A stretch of DNA of 32,000 nt, taken from the NCBI RefSeq assembly GCF_020885515.1, contig NZ_AP024987.1, forward strand, positions 1,350,001 to 1,382,000. The letters are read 5' to 3'. Within the stretch, counting starts at the first letter, position 1. The number at the start of each line of letters is the position of its first letter. Below the pieces are notes generated by a model. That model was not told the origin of the DNA. It did no database searches and saw only the letters and a list, made by a program, of their open reading frames with translations. This stretch comes from a cyanobacterium endosymbiont of Braarudosphaera bigelowii (lineage in GTDB: Bacteria > Cyanobacteriota > Cyanobacteriia > Cyanobacteriales > Microcystaceae). The translations under genes were made by a program, and so were the position numbers. Positions 9,896 through 19,051 of the stretch are shown here, piece after piece.

Positions 9896-10993
9896 ATGCA
9901 AAAATACTCTCAGTTAATTATCAATCTATCATTATTGTTGTCAAAACCGACAGGAATAAGCAATTATGCTAGAAATATCTTTCCTCACTTAAAGTCCTTA
10001 AAACCAATATTATTAACCTCAAGAGAGTACGAAGAGTTTGACAACCACTTAATTCCTAATGATTTAACACCAGAACAAGGTACGATAGGTCACATTAAGC
10101 GTTTATTGTGGACACAGTTTAAATTACCAAAAATTTATCAAAAACTTAATTCGTCACTTTTATTTTCTCCAGCTCCTGAAATTCCTTTATGGAGTTCTTG
10201 TAGATCAGTTGTTGTAGTACATGATCTAATACCATTACGCTTCCCTAATAAAAAATCGCCATTACACCCTTATTTTAAATATTATATTCCTAAAGTTTTA
10301 CAACAAGCAGAACATATTATTTGTAACTCTCAAGCAACTGCTAAAGATATTCATGAAATATTAAATATTCCTAGTTATAAAATTACGCCTATTTTGCTTG
10401 CTTACGATAAAAAGCATTTTCGTTTGTTAAATTCAAATCAGAACAAAAATAAGTCTAATATTCCTTATTTTCTCTATCTAGGACGTCATGATCCTCATAA
10501 GAATATTACTAGTATATTAAAAGCTTTTTCTAAATTAAAAGATTATAAAAGTTATGAACTATGGTTGGTTGGTCCTAAAGATAAAAGGTACACCTTACAA
10601 CTCCAAATTTTAGCTAAAGAACTAGGAATTAGTAAACAATTAAAAGTTCTCGATTATGTTTCATATCAAGAATTACCGCTACTGTTGAACGAAGCATTGG
10701 CTTTAGTATTTCCTTCTTTATGGGAAGGTTTTGGTTTTCCAGTTTTAGAAGCAATGGCCTGCGGAACTCCTGTCATCACTTCTAATATTTCTTCCCTGCC
10801 TGAAGTTACAGGAGATGCTGCCTTACTTATTAATCCTTATGTATCTAAAGAAATTACCTATGCCATGGAACAAATTATTACAGATAATAGTTTAAGATCA
10901 CAACTAAAAATATTAGGCTTAAAAAGAGCTAAAGCTTTTAGCTGGAAAAATACAGGAGAAAAAACCTTGGCAATCTTAGCAAATTTTTTGTAA
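9896..10993 (+). CDS. Glycosyltransferase family 4
   Basis: GISNYARNIFPHL, FLYLGRHDPHKNI, PSLWEGFGFPVLEAMACGTPVITSNISSLPEVTGDAALLINPY. Confidence 0.88.
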   Translation: MQKYSQLIINLSLLLSKPTGISNYARNIFPHLKSLKPILLTSREYEEFDNHLIPNDLTPEQGTIGHIKRLLWTQFKLPKIYQKLNSSLLFSPAPEIPLWSSCRSVVVVHDLIPLRFPNKKSPLHPYFKYYIPKVLQQAEHIICNSQATAKDIHEILNIPSYKITPILLAYDKKHFRLLNSNQNKNKSNIPYFLYLGRHDPHKNITSILKAFSKLKDYKSYELWLVGPKDKRYTLQLQILAKELGISKQLKVLDYVSYQELPLLLNEALALVFPSLWEGFGFPVLEAMACGTPVITSNISSLPEVTGDAALLINPYVSKEITYAMEQIITDNSLRSQLKILGLKRAKAFSWKNTGEKTLAILANFL

Positions 10994-11030
10994 GCTACAT
11001 CATAAGAAGTAATTGGAGTTAAAAAGTCAT

Positions 11031-12113
11031 ATGGAAATTGGTGTTCCTAAAGAAATTAAAGATCAAGAATTTCGTGTAGGGTTAAACCCTAGTAGTGTAA
11101 AAGTTTTATGTAGTCAGGGACACCAAGTTTTTATAGAAACGTCTGCGGGGGAAGGTTCTAGTTTTTCTGATCAAGATTATAAAAAAGTAGGTGCTAAGAT
11201 TTCCGATAGAAAATCTATATGGAATAAAGAATTAATAGTAAAAGTTAAAGAGCCTCTAGTTGAGGAATATCAATATTTTAAAAAAAATCAGATACTTTTT
11301 ACTTATTTACATTTGGCAGCTAATAGACCGCTTACGGAAGCCCTTGTTAAGTCAGGAATAACTGCCATAGCTTATGAAACAGTTGCAATGGAGGATGGAA
11401 AGCTTCCATTGCTAACTCCTATGAGCATTATTGCTGGACGCTTATCAATACAAATTGGTGCAAGATATTTAGAAAAGCAGCAAGGAGGACGAGGAATCTT
11501 ATTAGGAGGTATTCCTGGAGTATCATCTGCTCAAGTAGTTATATTAGGGGGTGGCGTAGTAGGTTCAGAAGCAGCTCGTATTGCTTTAGGAATGGGAGCT
11601 AAGGTACAAATTTTCGATATTAATGTTGAACGGCTAAGATATTTAGAAACAATTTTTGGCTCACGTGTAGAGTTACTCCATAGTAATATTTATGAAATAG
11701 AAAAGATGATACCTAAAGCCGATTTATTAATTGGTGCTGTATTAATTCCTGGAAGACGTGCCCCAATTTTGGTTCCTAGTGAATTAGTATCTAGAATGAG
11801 CCCAGGATCAGTTATTATTGATGTAGCTGTCGATCAAGGGGGTTGTATTGAGACTTTAAAAACGACTTCTCATAGTTCACCTACCTATTTAGAACATGGA
11901 ATAGTTCACTTTGGAGTTCCTAACATGCCTGGAGCTGTTCCTTGGACAGCTACACAGGCATTAAACAATAGTACTTTACCTTATGTTTCAAAATTAGCTA
12001 ACTATGGATTAGAGGCCCTAAAAAAAGACACTAGCTTGGAAAAAGGTTTAAATGTCAAGGATAAATCTATAATTTATCCAGCGTTAAAAGAAATTTTTAA
12101 TGATATTCATTGA
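11031..12113 (+). CDS. ald: Alanine dehydrogenase
   Basis: MEIGVPKEIKDQEFRVGLNP, VKVKEPL, IIAGRLSIQIGARYLEKQQGGRG, VVILGGGVVGSEAARIALGMGA, DVAVDQGGCIET. The track starts at TTG 11013; ATG 11031 matches the usual N-terminus. Confidence 0.94.
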   Translation: MEIGVPKEIKDQEFRVGLNPSSVKVLCSQGHQVFIETSAGEGSSFSDQDYKKVGAKISDRKSIWNKELIVKVKEPLVEEYQYFKKNQILFTYLHLAANRPLTEALVKSGITAIAYETVAMEDGKLPLLTPMSIIAGRLSIQIGARYLEKQQGGRGILLGGIPGVSSAQVVILGGGVVGSEAARIALGMGAKVQIFDINVERLRYLETIFGSRVELLHSNIYEIEKMIPKADLLIGAVLIPGRRAPILVPSELVSRMSPGSVIIDVAVDQGGCIETLKTTSHSSPTYLEHGIVHFGVPNMPGAVPWTATQALNNSTLPYVSKLANYGLEALKKDTSLEKGLNVKDKSIIYPALKEIFNDIH

Positions 12114-12129
12114 AATCTATAATATTCTC

Positions 12130-14562
12130 CTATTTCAGATATGTTACTGTAACACCATCTCCTCCTTCCCTTTGAGGTGCTAATTTGAAATTTTTAATCT
12201 GCGGATGTATTTTCAAAAATTCATGGACTCCTTGACGCAGTTTACCAGTACCTTTTCCATGAATAATCCATAAAATTCCAATTTTGGTAGCTTTAGCAAT
12301 TGCTTCTTCTAAGCTTGCTTCAGCTTCAAATATTCTCATACCACGAATATCGAGAGTATTATCATCTGTTCTAATATTGTGTACATTTTCAGTATTGATT
12401 GATCGAGTGTCTTGCTTCTGTAATGATTGTTTTCTAGTATTTAGTATGTTTATTTTTTTACCATCTAATGACTCGATATCTGTAAATAATATTTTCATTG
12501 TCATCAATCCGAAGCGAACAATTACTTCTTCATTCTCAGCAATAACATCTAATACTTGCGCAGTCTGACCAAATTTAATGATCTTAATTTTTTCTCCAAT
12601 TTTAGGACAGTAAGAAGAAACATTCCTTTTAGTTTGAGGAAGTTTCTCTTTGGAAATATTTGTAATCTTTTCAGTCGCTTTTAACGCTTTTTGACTAGTT
12701 TTTTCTCCTTGTTGTAGATGCCTAATTACTTGGGCAATCTCCTCTTTAGCTTTAGTGATAGCTTTTTTAGTTTCTTTTTCTTGAAAATTTTTAAGATCTT
12801 GCTCTCTTTCTTTTAGAATAGCAGCTTTATATGATACTTCAGTGTAAAAGTTTTTAGCTTGTTTTAATAACTCTTGCGCTTCGTTAGCTTTTAACTCTTG
12901 TTTTCTTCGTTGTTCTTCTAAGCCTAAGATTATATCATTAACGTTTTGAGACTGCTCTCCAATAATATTCTTGGCTGCCTGTAGGATATTAATGTCTAGA
13001 CCAAGGTTTTGAGCAATACTAAGGGCGTTAGAACGTCCTGGGATGCCCCATAATAGATGGTAAGTTGGAGAAAAAGTTTTATCGTTAAATTCGACTGAAG
13101 CATTTTCAAACCTTGAATCTCGATATTTTAAAGCTTTAAGTTCCCCATAATGTGTTGTGGCAATTGTTAACAGGGCATGGTTTGCTAAATAGTCTAAAAG
13201 TGAGATTGCTAAAGCACTACCTTCAGTAGGATCAGTGCCTGCTCCTACTTCATCTAAAAGTACTAAGCTTGAAGAGTGTTTAAGACTATCTGATATTTCT
13301 GGATCTTTTGATGTGGAGACATTAGATACAACTTTAAGAATAAGGATAATACGACGAATATGACTAGAGAAAGTAGATAGGTTTTGTATTATAGATTGTT
13401 CATCTCCAATATCGGCTAATACATTTTTAAACCAAGGTAATCTAACAGGACTTTCTGCAGGTATTAATAAGCCCACTTTAGCCATCAAGGCAGCTAATCC
13501 TAGAGTTTTTAGTGTAACAGTTTTCCCTCCTGTATTTGGTCCAGTAATAGAAACTACATTAGTCTTAGAATTAATTTGAATATCTATAGGAATTACTGGT
13601 GATCCTTGTTGATTTTTTTGTTGCCAAATCAATAACGGATGATATAGTTTTCGGAGAATTATTGTTTCTCCTGTTTTAATAAACTTAGGAATGTTTCCGC
13701 CTAACCATAAACCATAGCGAGCTTTGGCTGTTGCTAAATCTAGTTTCCCTATTACTTCAACAAGGTACTCCAAAGACTCTGCTACTTCAGCTATTTTTTC
13801 AGTTAATTGTCTCAGAATGATTACTTCTTCTATTTTTTCTTGTCGTAGATATTGGCAATACTTATTACCAATATCTACAATAAAACTCGGTTCTACATAA
13901 ACTGTCATACCAGTATTAGAAGTATCATGAACAATACCTGAAATCTGGTCTTTTTGTAAGGTTTTTACAGGAATAACAAAGCGATTATTCCTTTGAGTAA
14001 TAACGTTCTCTTGAATAGCTCCTTCTTTCCTATTCATAATACTTTGAAGCTTTTGATAAATTTCGCTGCGTAATTCTCTAAGTAAAAATCTGATTTTACT
14101 TAATTTTGAGCTAGCATGCTCAGCTATATCTCCACTTTCTTCAAGGCAATAACGTATTGTCTGTTCTAGTTCGGGATAAGTTTTAACGTTATTAACTAAT
14201 TTTTTTAAATTGAGCAATTGTGATTCTTCATAACCACTGATTATTTTTTTTAATCTTCTAACTCTATCTAATGTAGTTGCAATACTTAATAAATCTTTCC
14301 CAAAGAGATATCCACCTAGAGTAGCTATTTTTACAAAGTCTCTGATATCTACTATTCCCTCAAATACTAACTTTATTTTAGGATCTTGTTCTAAGTAATA
14401 AATTTCTTCAGTTTGCGACAATAATTCCTGACTTTCTAGTAGCAATTCAGGAATTACTAAATTCTGAGCCGCAGTTATTCCCATTTTAGTCGTTGCAAAA
14501 GTGGCTAGATGCTCACATAAACGATGCCATTCTAAAAGCTTTAAAGTTTCTTGATGAATCAA
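12130..14562 (-). CDS. mutS2: Endonuclease MutS2 (MutS-family ATPase with C-terminal Smr domain)
   Basis: Walker A GPNTGGKTVTLKTLG, LLDEVGAGTDPTEGSALAI, TTHYGELK, and C-terminal Smr segment LDIRGMRIFEAE...IIHGKGTGKLRQGVHEFL. Confidence 0.95.
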   Translation of the reverse strand: MIHQETLKLLEWHRLCEHLATFATTKMGITAAQNLVIPELLLESQELLSQTEEIYYLEQDPKIKLVFEGIVDIRDFVKIATLGGYLFGKDLLSIATTLDRVRRLKKIISGYEESQLLNLKKLVNNVKTYPELEQTIRYCLEESGDIAEHASSKLSKIRFLLRELRSEIYQKLQSIMNRKEGAIQENVITQRNNRFVIPVKTLQKDQISGIVHDTSNTGMTVYVEPSFIVDIGNKYCQYLRQEKIEEVIILRQLTEKIAEVAESLEYLVEVIGKLDLATAKARYGLWLGGNIPKFIKTGETIILRKLYHPLLIWQQKNQQGSPVIPIDIQINSKTNVVSITGPNTGGKTVTLKTLGLAALMAKVGLLIPAESPVRLPWFKNVLADIGDEQSIIQNLSTFSSHIRRIILILKVVSNVSTSKDPEISDSLKHSSSLVLLDEVGAGTDPTEGSALAISLLDYLANHALLTIATTHYGELKALKYRDSRFENASVEFNDKTFSPTYHLLWGIPGRSNALSIAQNLGLDINILQAAKNIIGEQSQNVNDIILGLEEQRRKQELKANEAQELLKQAKNFYTEVSYKAAILKEREQDLKNFQEKETKKAITKAKEEIAQVIRHLQQGEKTSQKALKATEKITNISKEKLPQTKRNVSSYCPKIGEKIKIIKFGQTAQVLDVIAENEEVIVRFGLMTMKILFTDIESLDGKKINILNTRKQSLQKQDTRSINTENVHNIRTDDNTLDIRGMRIFEAEASLEEAIAKATKIGILWIIHGKGTGKLRQGVHEFLKIHPQIKNFKLAPQREGGDGVTVTYLK

Positions 14563-14771
14563 TTCTAGATATTTTGTATAAATAAATGCTAAGAACTATC
14601 TTAAAGTGATAATTAGACTTTGAACTATATAAAAATAATTTTTACTTACTTAATAGTTTAGGTAATACAATTACTACCTACAGCTGCCTTGAAAATTATA
14701 GTGACTATAACTAAGAATAGCTTGATTGATATATAAAAAATATACCACCTAAGACTCTCCTTAAATTAGTT

Positions 14772-14797
14772 ATAAAGCTTTAGAATAAAAGCTTTAT
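14772..14797. terminator. Terminator-like hairpin ATAAAGCTTT-agaata-AAAGCTTTAT 3' of tRNA-Glu
   Basis: 10-bp perfect inverted repeat with a 6-nt loop starting 8 nt past the 3' end of tRNA-Glu on the minus strand. Confidence 0.45.
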
Positions 14798-14805
14798 GAT
14801 TTTGA

Positions 14806-14878
14806 TACCCCCAAGGGAATTTGAATCCCTGTCGCCTCCGTGAAAGGGAGGTGTCCTAGGCCACTAGACGATGGGGGC
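14806..14878 (-). tRNA. tRNA-Glu(UUC)
   Basis: Minus strand GCCCCCATCGTCTAGTGGCCTAGGACACCTCCCTTTCACGGAGGCGACAGGGATTCAAATTCCCTTGGGGGTA; cloverleaf, anticodon TTC. Confidence 0.95.
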
Positions 14879-15159
14879 TTGTGTATTAACCACTTAATAA
14901 TAATAACAAGAGTTTTTACAGGTGTCAATACTTAGATATTTTTTCTTATGCTGAAATAATTCAATACATAACATTTTTATATTACTGAATTGAAAACACT
15001 ACTTAGCTGATTAGATCATTAATTTCTTAATTAAGACGTTGACAAATATATTTCTGTTAAAATTGATCTAATTTTAAAGTGATGACTATCATACAATTAT
15101 TAAATTTTTTCATGAGAATAAATAATTAAATAATAATAGAACAAATCGTAAATTAATTT

Positions 15160-16083
15160 ATGTCTATATTTGATTGGTTTGCTAAACAAGAAAAATCAGA
15201 ACCACCCATACAACAAAAAAAACATAAGGAAAGAGAAATTGCTGATGGTCTATGGACAAAATGTGAGGCATGTGGCACATTGACTTATGCAAAAGACCTT
15301 AAGACCAATCAACTTGTATGCAAAGAGTGCGGCTATCATTTTCGCATGGAAAGTTCAGAACGTATTATTCAATTAATCGACAATAACACTTGGAAACCTT
15401 TATCTGAAATGCTTTCTCCTATAGATCCTTTAAAGTTTTGTGATCGGAAGCTTTATAGTGATCGTATTAAAGATACCCAAAAGAAAACAGGATTAATAGA
15501 TGCAGTTCAAACAGGAACGGGATTAATTGATGGTCTACCTGTAGCACTGGGAGTTATGGATTTTCATTTTATGGGAGGTAGTATGGGATCTGTAGTAGGA
15601 GAAAAATTATGCCGACTTATAGAAAACGCTACAAAGAGAAGATTTCCTGTAGTTATTTTTTGTGCTTCTGGTGGAGCTAGGATGCAAGAGGGTATGCTGA
15701 GTTTAATGCAGATGGCTAAGATTTCTGGAGCTTTAGAGAGACATAGAAATGCAAAACTTCTTTATATTTCTGTATTAACTCATCCTACAACGGGAGGGGT
15801 TACTGCAAGCTTTGCAATGTTAGGTGATATAATTCTTGCAGAACCTAATGCAACAATTGGTTTTGCTGGCAAAAGAGTTATTGAGCAAACTTTAAGAGAA
15901 AAACTACCTGACGGATTCCAGACGTCTGAATATTTACTAAAGCATGGATTTGTAGATTCTATTATCTCTCGTACTCAACAGAAAAAAATACTATCTCAAT
16001 TGATCAGTATACACCAACCTTTTTCACCAGTTCTTCCATTATTTAATACCAATAGTGATAATTATTTAAACAACGATTTTTAA
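15160..16083 (+). CDS. accD: Acetyl-CoA carboxylase carboxyltransferase subunit beta
   Basis: Zinc-finger CEACG...[46 protein letters not shown]. Confidence 0.96.
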   Translation: MSIFDWFAKQEKSEPPIQQKKHKEREIADGLWTKCEACGTLTYAKDLKTNQLVCKECGYHFRMESSERIIQLIDNNTWKPLSEMLSPIDPLKFCDRKLYSDRIKDTQKKTGLIDAVQTGTGLIDGLPVALGVMDFHFMGGSMGSVVGEKLCRLIENATKRRFPVVIFCASGGARMQEGMLSLMQMAKISGALERHRNAKLLYISVLTHPTTGGVTASFAMLGDIILAEPNATIGFAGKRVIEQTLREKLPDGFQTSEYLLKHGFVDSIISRTQQKKILSQLISIHQPFSPVLPLFNTNSDNYLNNDF

Positions 16084-16854
16084 AGTTAACAAATTTTTAC
16101 TAGAATAGTAAGCTATCTGATGGCAACTAAAACTGTATAAATCATAACGATTATTAATTAATATTTTCTTCATACTTATGAGAGTTTTTTAATAAAAGAA
16201 TAGCTCTTCCAGAAAATTCCATAAATTATTAAAAGAATTATTGCCTTAATTACTTTTATGCAAAATCAACTAGTTTTTTATCATAGCTTTATGTAGATTT
16301 TTATTAAGCTTTTAGTATTTAACAGCAATTACTTATATTTGTTGTTAATAATCTTAATTTTTAAAATATCAGTTAAATACTAGTCGATTTTAAACTAACA
16401 AACTTTTACCACATGCTGCTAAGATTTACCTGCTTAAGGAAGAATGAAAAATTATTCAAATCTGATCTCTAATACTCATCCTCCAATAAGAATTTTATGA
16501 ATTAAGTATTATTAAACTTTATTTACTTGTTTAATTACTAGGCGCTACAAGATGTAAGATAATAGTATAAATAAAAAATACTTGAAAGTTGCAAAATTTA
16601 CATTTTTGTTAGCTGAAAATAAGTAATTATTTATATTAAAAACTCAAAAAGAAAAGCTAAGATATCTTGTCTCAAAACTATTTAAGTAGAATATTGAGAT
16701 GTTACTTCTTCATCTTATGCTCCTAGCTCACTTGTAGGATAAAACTTAAGTAGTAATTACAGATTATTATTACTAATGATAATAGTCCTAATGATTTTTA
16801 TCATAGGAAATAAAAGATATCGATTTTGTTAGAAGATCTCGGAAATAATTATTG

Positions 16855-18840
16855 ATGAGCAGATCAAAATCGGTTTTAACAAAACTGTTACAAATTTTTC
16901 CTCAGTTACAGCCTCAAATGTATTTTAAGGCTTCTTTAACTGCTTTGTCTCATGCCATGGAAGATCAAGTACTTGCGGGAACTGAAAAACCATTAGTGAT
17001 TGCTAGCTTTCAAAGAGAACGATTCTATCGTCAAGAAGCTCAACGATATCGACGTATTGCCAATAAAACTGATCAAGTATATGTTTTGGCTGCTCCAGAA
17101 ACTGAATTCAAAAATAGTTCCCAGGATTACGAAACGATTGCTTTTGAATCAACAAATACCTTAAGTCAAGAGTGGCACCTGATTGTCATAGGGACGAACT
17201 ATGTTAGTTGCTTAATCTGTCAGGAAAAAGTCATACTAAATAATCAAGGCATAACCTCAGTTATTGATAATAATCGACGCTTTGAGGGTATATGGACTTT
17301 TAACCGTGAAGTAGCTCAGCAAGCAGCCGATATTCTTTTAAAAATAATTGTTAATCACTGTCCAGAATTAAGAAGCAAAATACAACAAGCACGCCAAAAA
17401 TATTTACCTCCTGATATCCTAAATCAAATAGTTGTTCGACAAAAAACTACAAACAATATCATTCACAATATAGAAAACAAAAATCCTGATCCATTTGTAC
17501 AAAGATTAGTTACTTATCTACAAGCTGGCCATTATAAATTAATTAAAGCTAATCGTTCGTTAGCAGCAAAAGAACATAAAGAAAGATTAATTAATTCTAT
17601 TACTACTGCTATTCGTTTATCTCTTAATCCTGATGAGATTCTACAAATTGCTGTTCAAAAACTAGGACAGGGACTGGGGATATGTAGATGTTTAGTTTAT
17701 CGTTGTAAAGAAACTGACTTCAAAGCTACTGTTGAGCATGAATTTCTTAATCAAGATATTCCATCAATTAAAGAACAAACCTGGTTTCTACATGATAATC
17801 CTTTATTTCAAGAAGTTATTAAATTACAAGAAGCCTTAACTATTGACAATGCTGCTAATGATCCTCGTATTACTAATAGTTGTAAAGAAAAAGAGAAATC
17901 TTTGCAAACTCTTGTAAGAAACTGTTCAATTTTATCTTGGATGTTAGCCCCTATTTTATACCAAGGTCAACTTTTAGGTATGTTGGAATTACACCATTGC
18001 GGACCTAAACCTATTTCTTGGAAAGAAGAAGATGTTACTTTTATTAATGCTATTACAACTCAAATTGGTGTTGCGTTAATTCAGGCAGAAGCCTATGCTC
18101 ATCTTCAAGATCTTAATGAGCAACTCGAGGCACTTGATTATACTCGTTCTAACTTAGTAGCTATTACAGGTCATGAACTTCGTACTCCATTGTCAACAAT
18201 CCAAGTTTGTTTAGAAAGTTTAACATTAGAACCTGATATGTCTCCAGATTTACGTCAGGTTATGTTAAATATTGCTCTGCAAGATGCTGAAAGAATGAGG
18301 AAATTAATACAAGATTTTTTAATTTTATCTAGGTTTGAAAGTGGACGATTTGAGTGGAATACAGAAGTATTAAATTTACATGAATGTCTAGAGTTATCAC
18401 TCAGTAATATTAAAGCTCGTTATAGAGGAAAACAAATTCCTCTAATTGAAGTTACAAATTTCTTAAATAGTGAGCTGCCTCTAGTAAAAGCAGATAGAGA
18501 GTGGTTGGGGGAAGTTTTAGCCAAATTATTAGACAATGCATGCAAATTTACCAGTAAAGAAGGAAGAATAACTATTATAGTTATTCGGAATAGTCTTCAT
18601 TACCTGAAAGTTACCATAGCTGATACTGGTAGAGGAATTGAGCCTAAACGGTTGGAGACAGTTTTTGAAAGATTCTATCAAGAAGAAGGAGCTTTAAGAC
18701 GCAGTATAGGCGGAACGGGTCTGGGATTAGCCATTTGTCGTCAAATAGTACAAGGTTGGGGTGGAAAAATTTGGGCAGAATCTAAAGGTAAAGAATATGG
18801 TAGTCAGTTTCATTTTACAGTTCCTATACATTTATCTTAA
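16855..18840 (+). CDS. DICT sensory domain - GAF - histidine kinase (hybrid-less two-component sensor)
   Basis: N-terminal DICT-like region, GAF-like region, H-box ITGHELRTPLSTIQ, N-box LLDNACKFT, DTGRGIEP, GGTGLGLAICRQIVQGWGG. The track starts at TTG 16852; ATG 16855 is adjacent. Confidence 0.88.
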   Translation: MSRSKSVLTKLLQIFPQLQPQMYFKASLTALSHAMEDQVLAGTEKPLVIASFQRERFYRQEAQRYRRIANKTDQVYVLAAPETEFKNSSQDYETIAFESTNTLSQEWHLIVIGTNYVSCLICQEKVILNNQGITSVIDNNRRFEGIWTFNREVAQQAADILLKIIVNHCPELRSKIQQARQKYLPPDILNQIVVRQKTTNNIIHNIENKNPDPFVQRLVTYLQAGHYKLIKANRSLAAKEHKERLINSITTAIRLSLNPDEILQIAVQKLGQGLGICRCLVYRCKETDFKATVEHEFLNQDIPSIKEQTWFLHDNPLFQEVIKLQEALTIDNAANDPRITNSCKEKEKSLQTLVRNCSILSWMLAPILYQGQLLGMLELHHCGPKPISWKEEDVTFINAITTQIGVALIQAEAYAHLQDLNEQLEALDYTRSNLVAITGHELRTPLSTIQVCLESLTLEPDMSPDLRQVMLNIALQDAERMRKLIQDFLILSRFESGRFEWNTEVLNLHECLELSLSNIKARYRGKQIPLIEVTNFLNSELPLVKADREWLGEVLAKLLDNACKFTSKEGRITIIVIRNSLHYLKVTIADTGRGIEPKRLETVFERFYQEEGALRRSIGGTGLGLAICRQIVQGWGGKIWAESKGKEYGSQFHFTVPIHLS

Positions 18841-18852
18841 TAGTAATGCTTT

Positions 18853-18904
18853 ATAATTCAAGTGTTTAATTATCGGTTAAGTGATAATTAAACACTTGAA
18901 TTAT
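18853..18904. repeat. 22-bp perfect inverted repeat with 8-nt loop (ATAATTCAAGTGTTTAATTATC-ggttaagt-GATAATTAAACACTTGAATTAT)
   Basis: Read directly; both arms are exactly reverse-complementary. Located 12 nt after the histidine kinase stop and 36 nt before tRNA-Leu. Confidence 0.85.
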
Positions 18905-18940
18905 CAGGAAAAGTATGTTATGATTATTGCTGAAGTAAAA

Positions 18941-19021
18941 GCGGACGTGGCGGAATTGGTAGACGCGCTAGATTTAGGTTCTAGTGTCTTTGGCGTGAGA
19001 GTTCGAGTCTCTCCGTCCGCA
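18941..19021 (+). tRNA. tRNA-Leu(UAG)
   Basis: GCGGACGTGGCGGAATTGGTAGACGCGCTAGATTTAGGTTCTAGTGTCTTTGGCGTGAGAGTTCGAGTCTCTCCGTCCGCA; class II tRNA with variable arm, anticodon TAG. Confidence 0.95.
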
Positions 19022-19051
19022 TAGGAAATTAACTACATCTAAATATAATAG

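Noticed and set aside
12284-12568. Plus-strand ORF, 94 aa
   Set aside because: Fully antisense to the well-supported mutS2 Smr region.
14563-14771. Possible small RNA between mutS2 and tRNA-Glu
   Set aside because: No recognisable conserved RNA (rnpB, ssrA, SRP, 6S) and no strong fold by eye.
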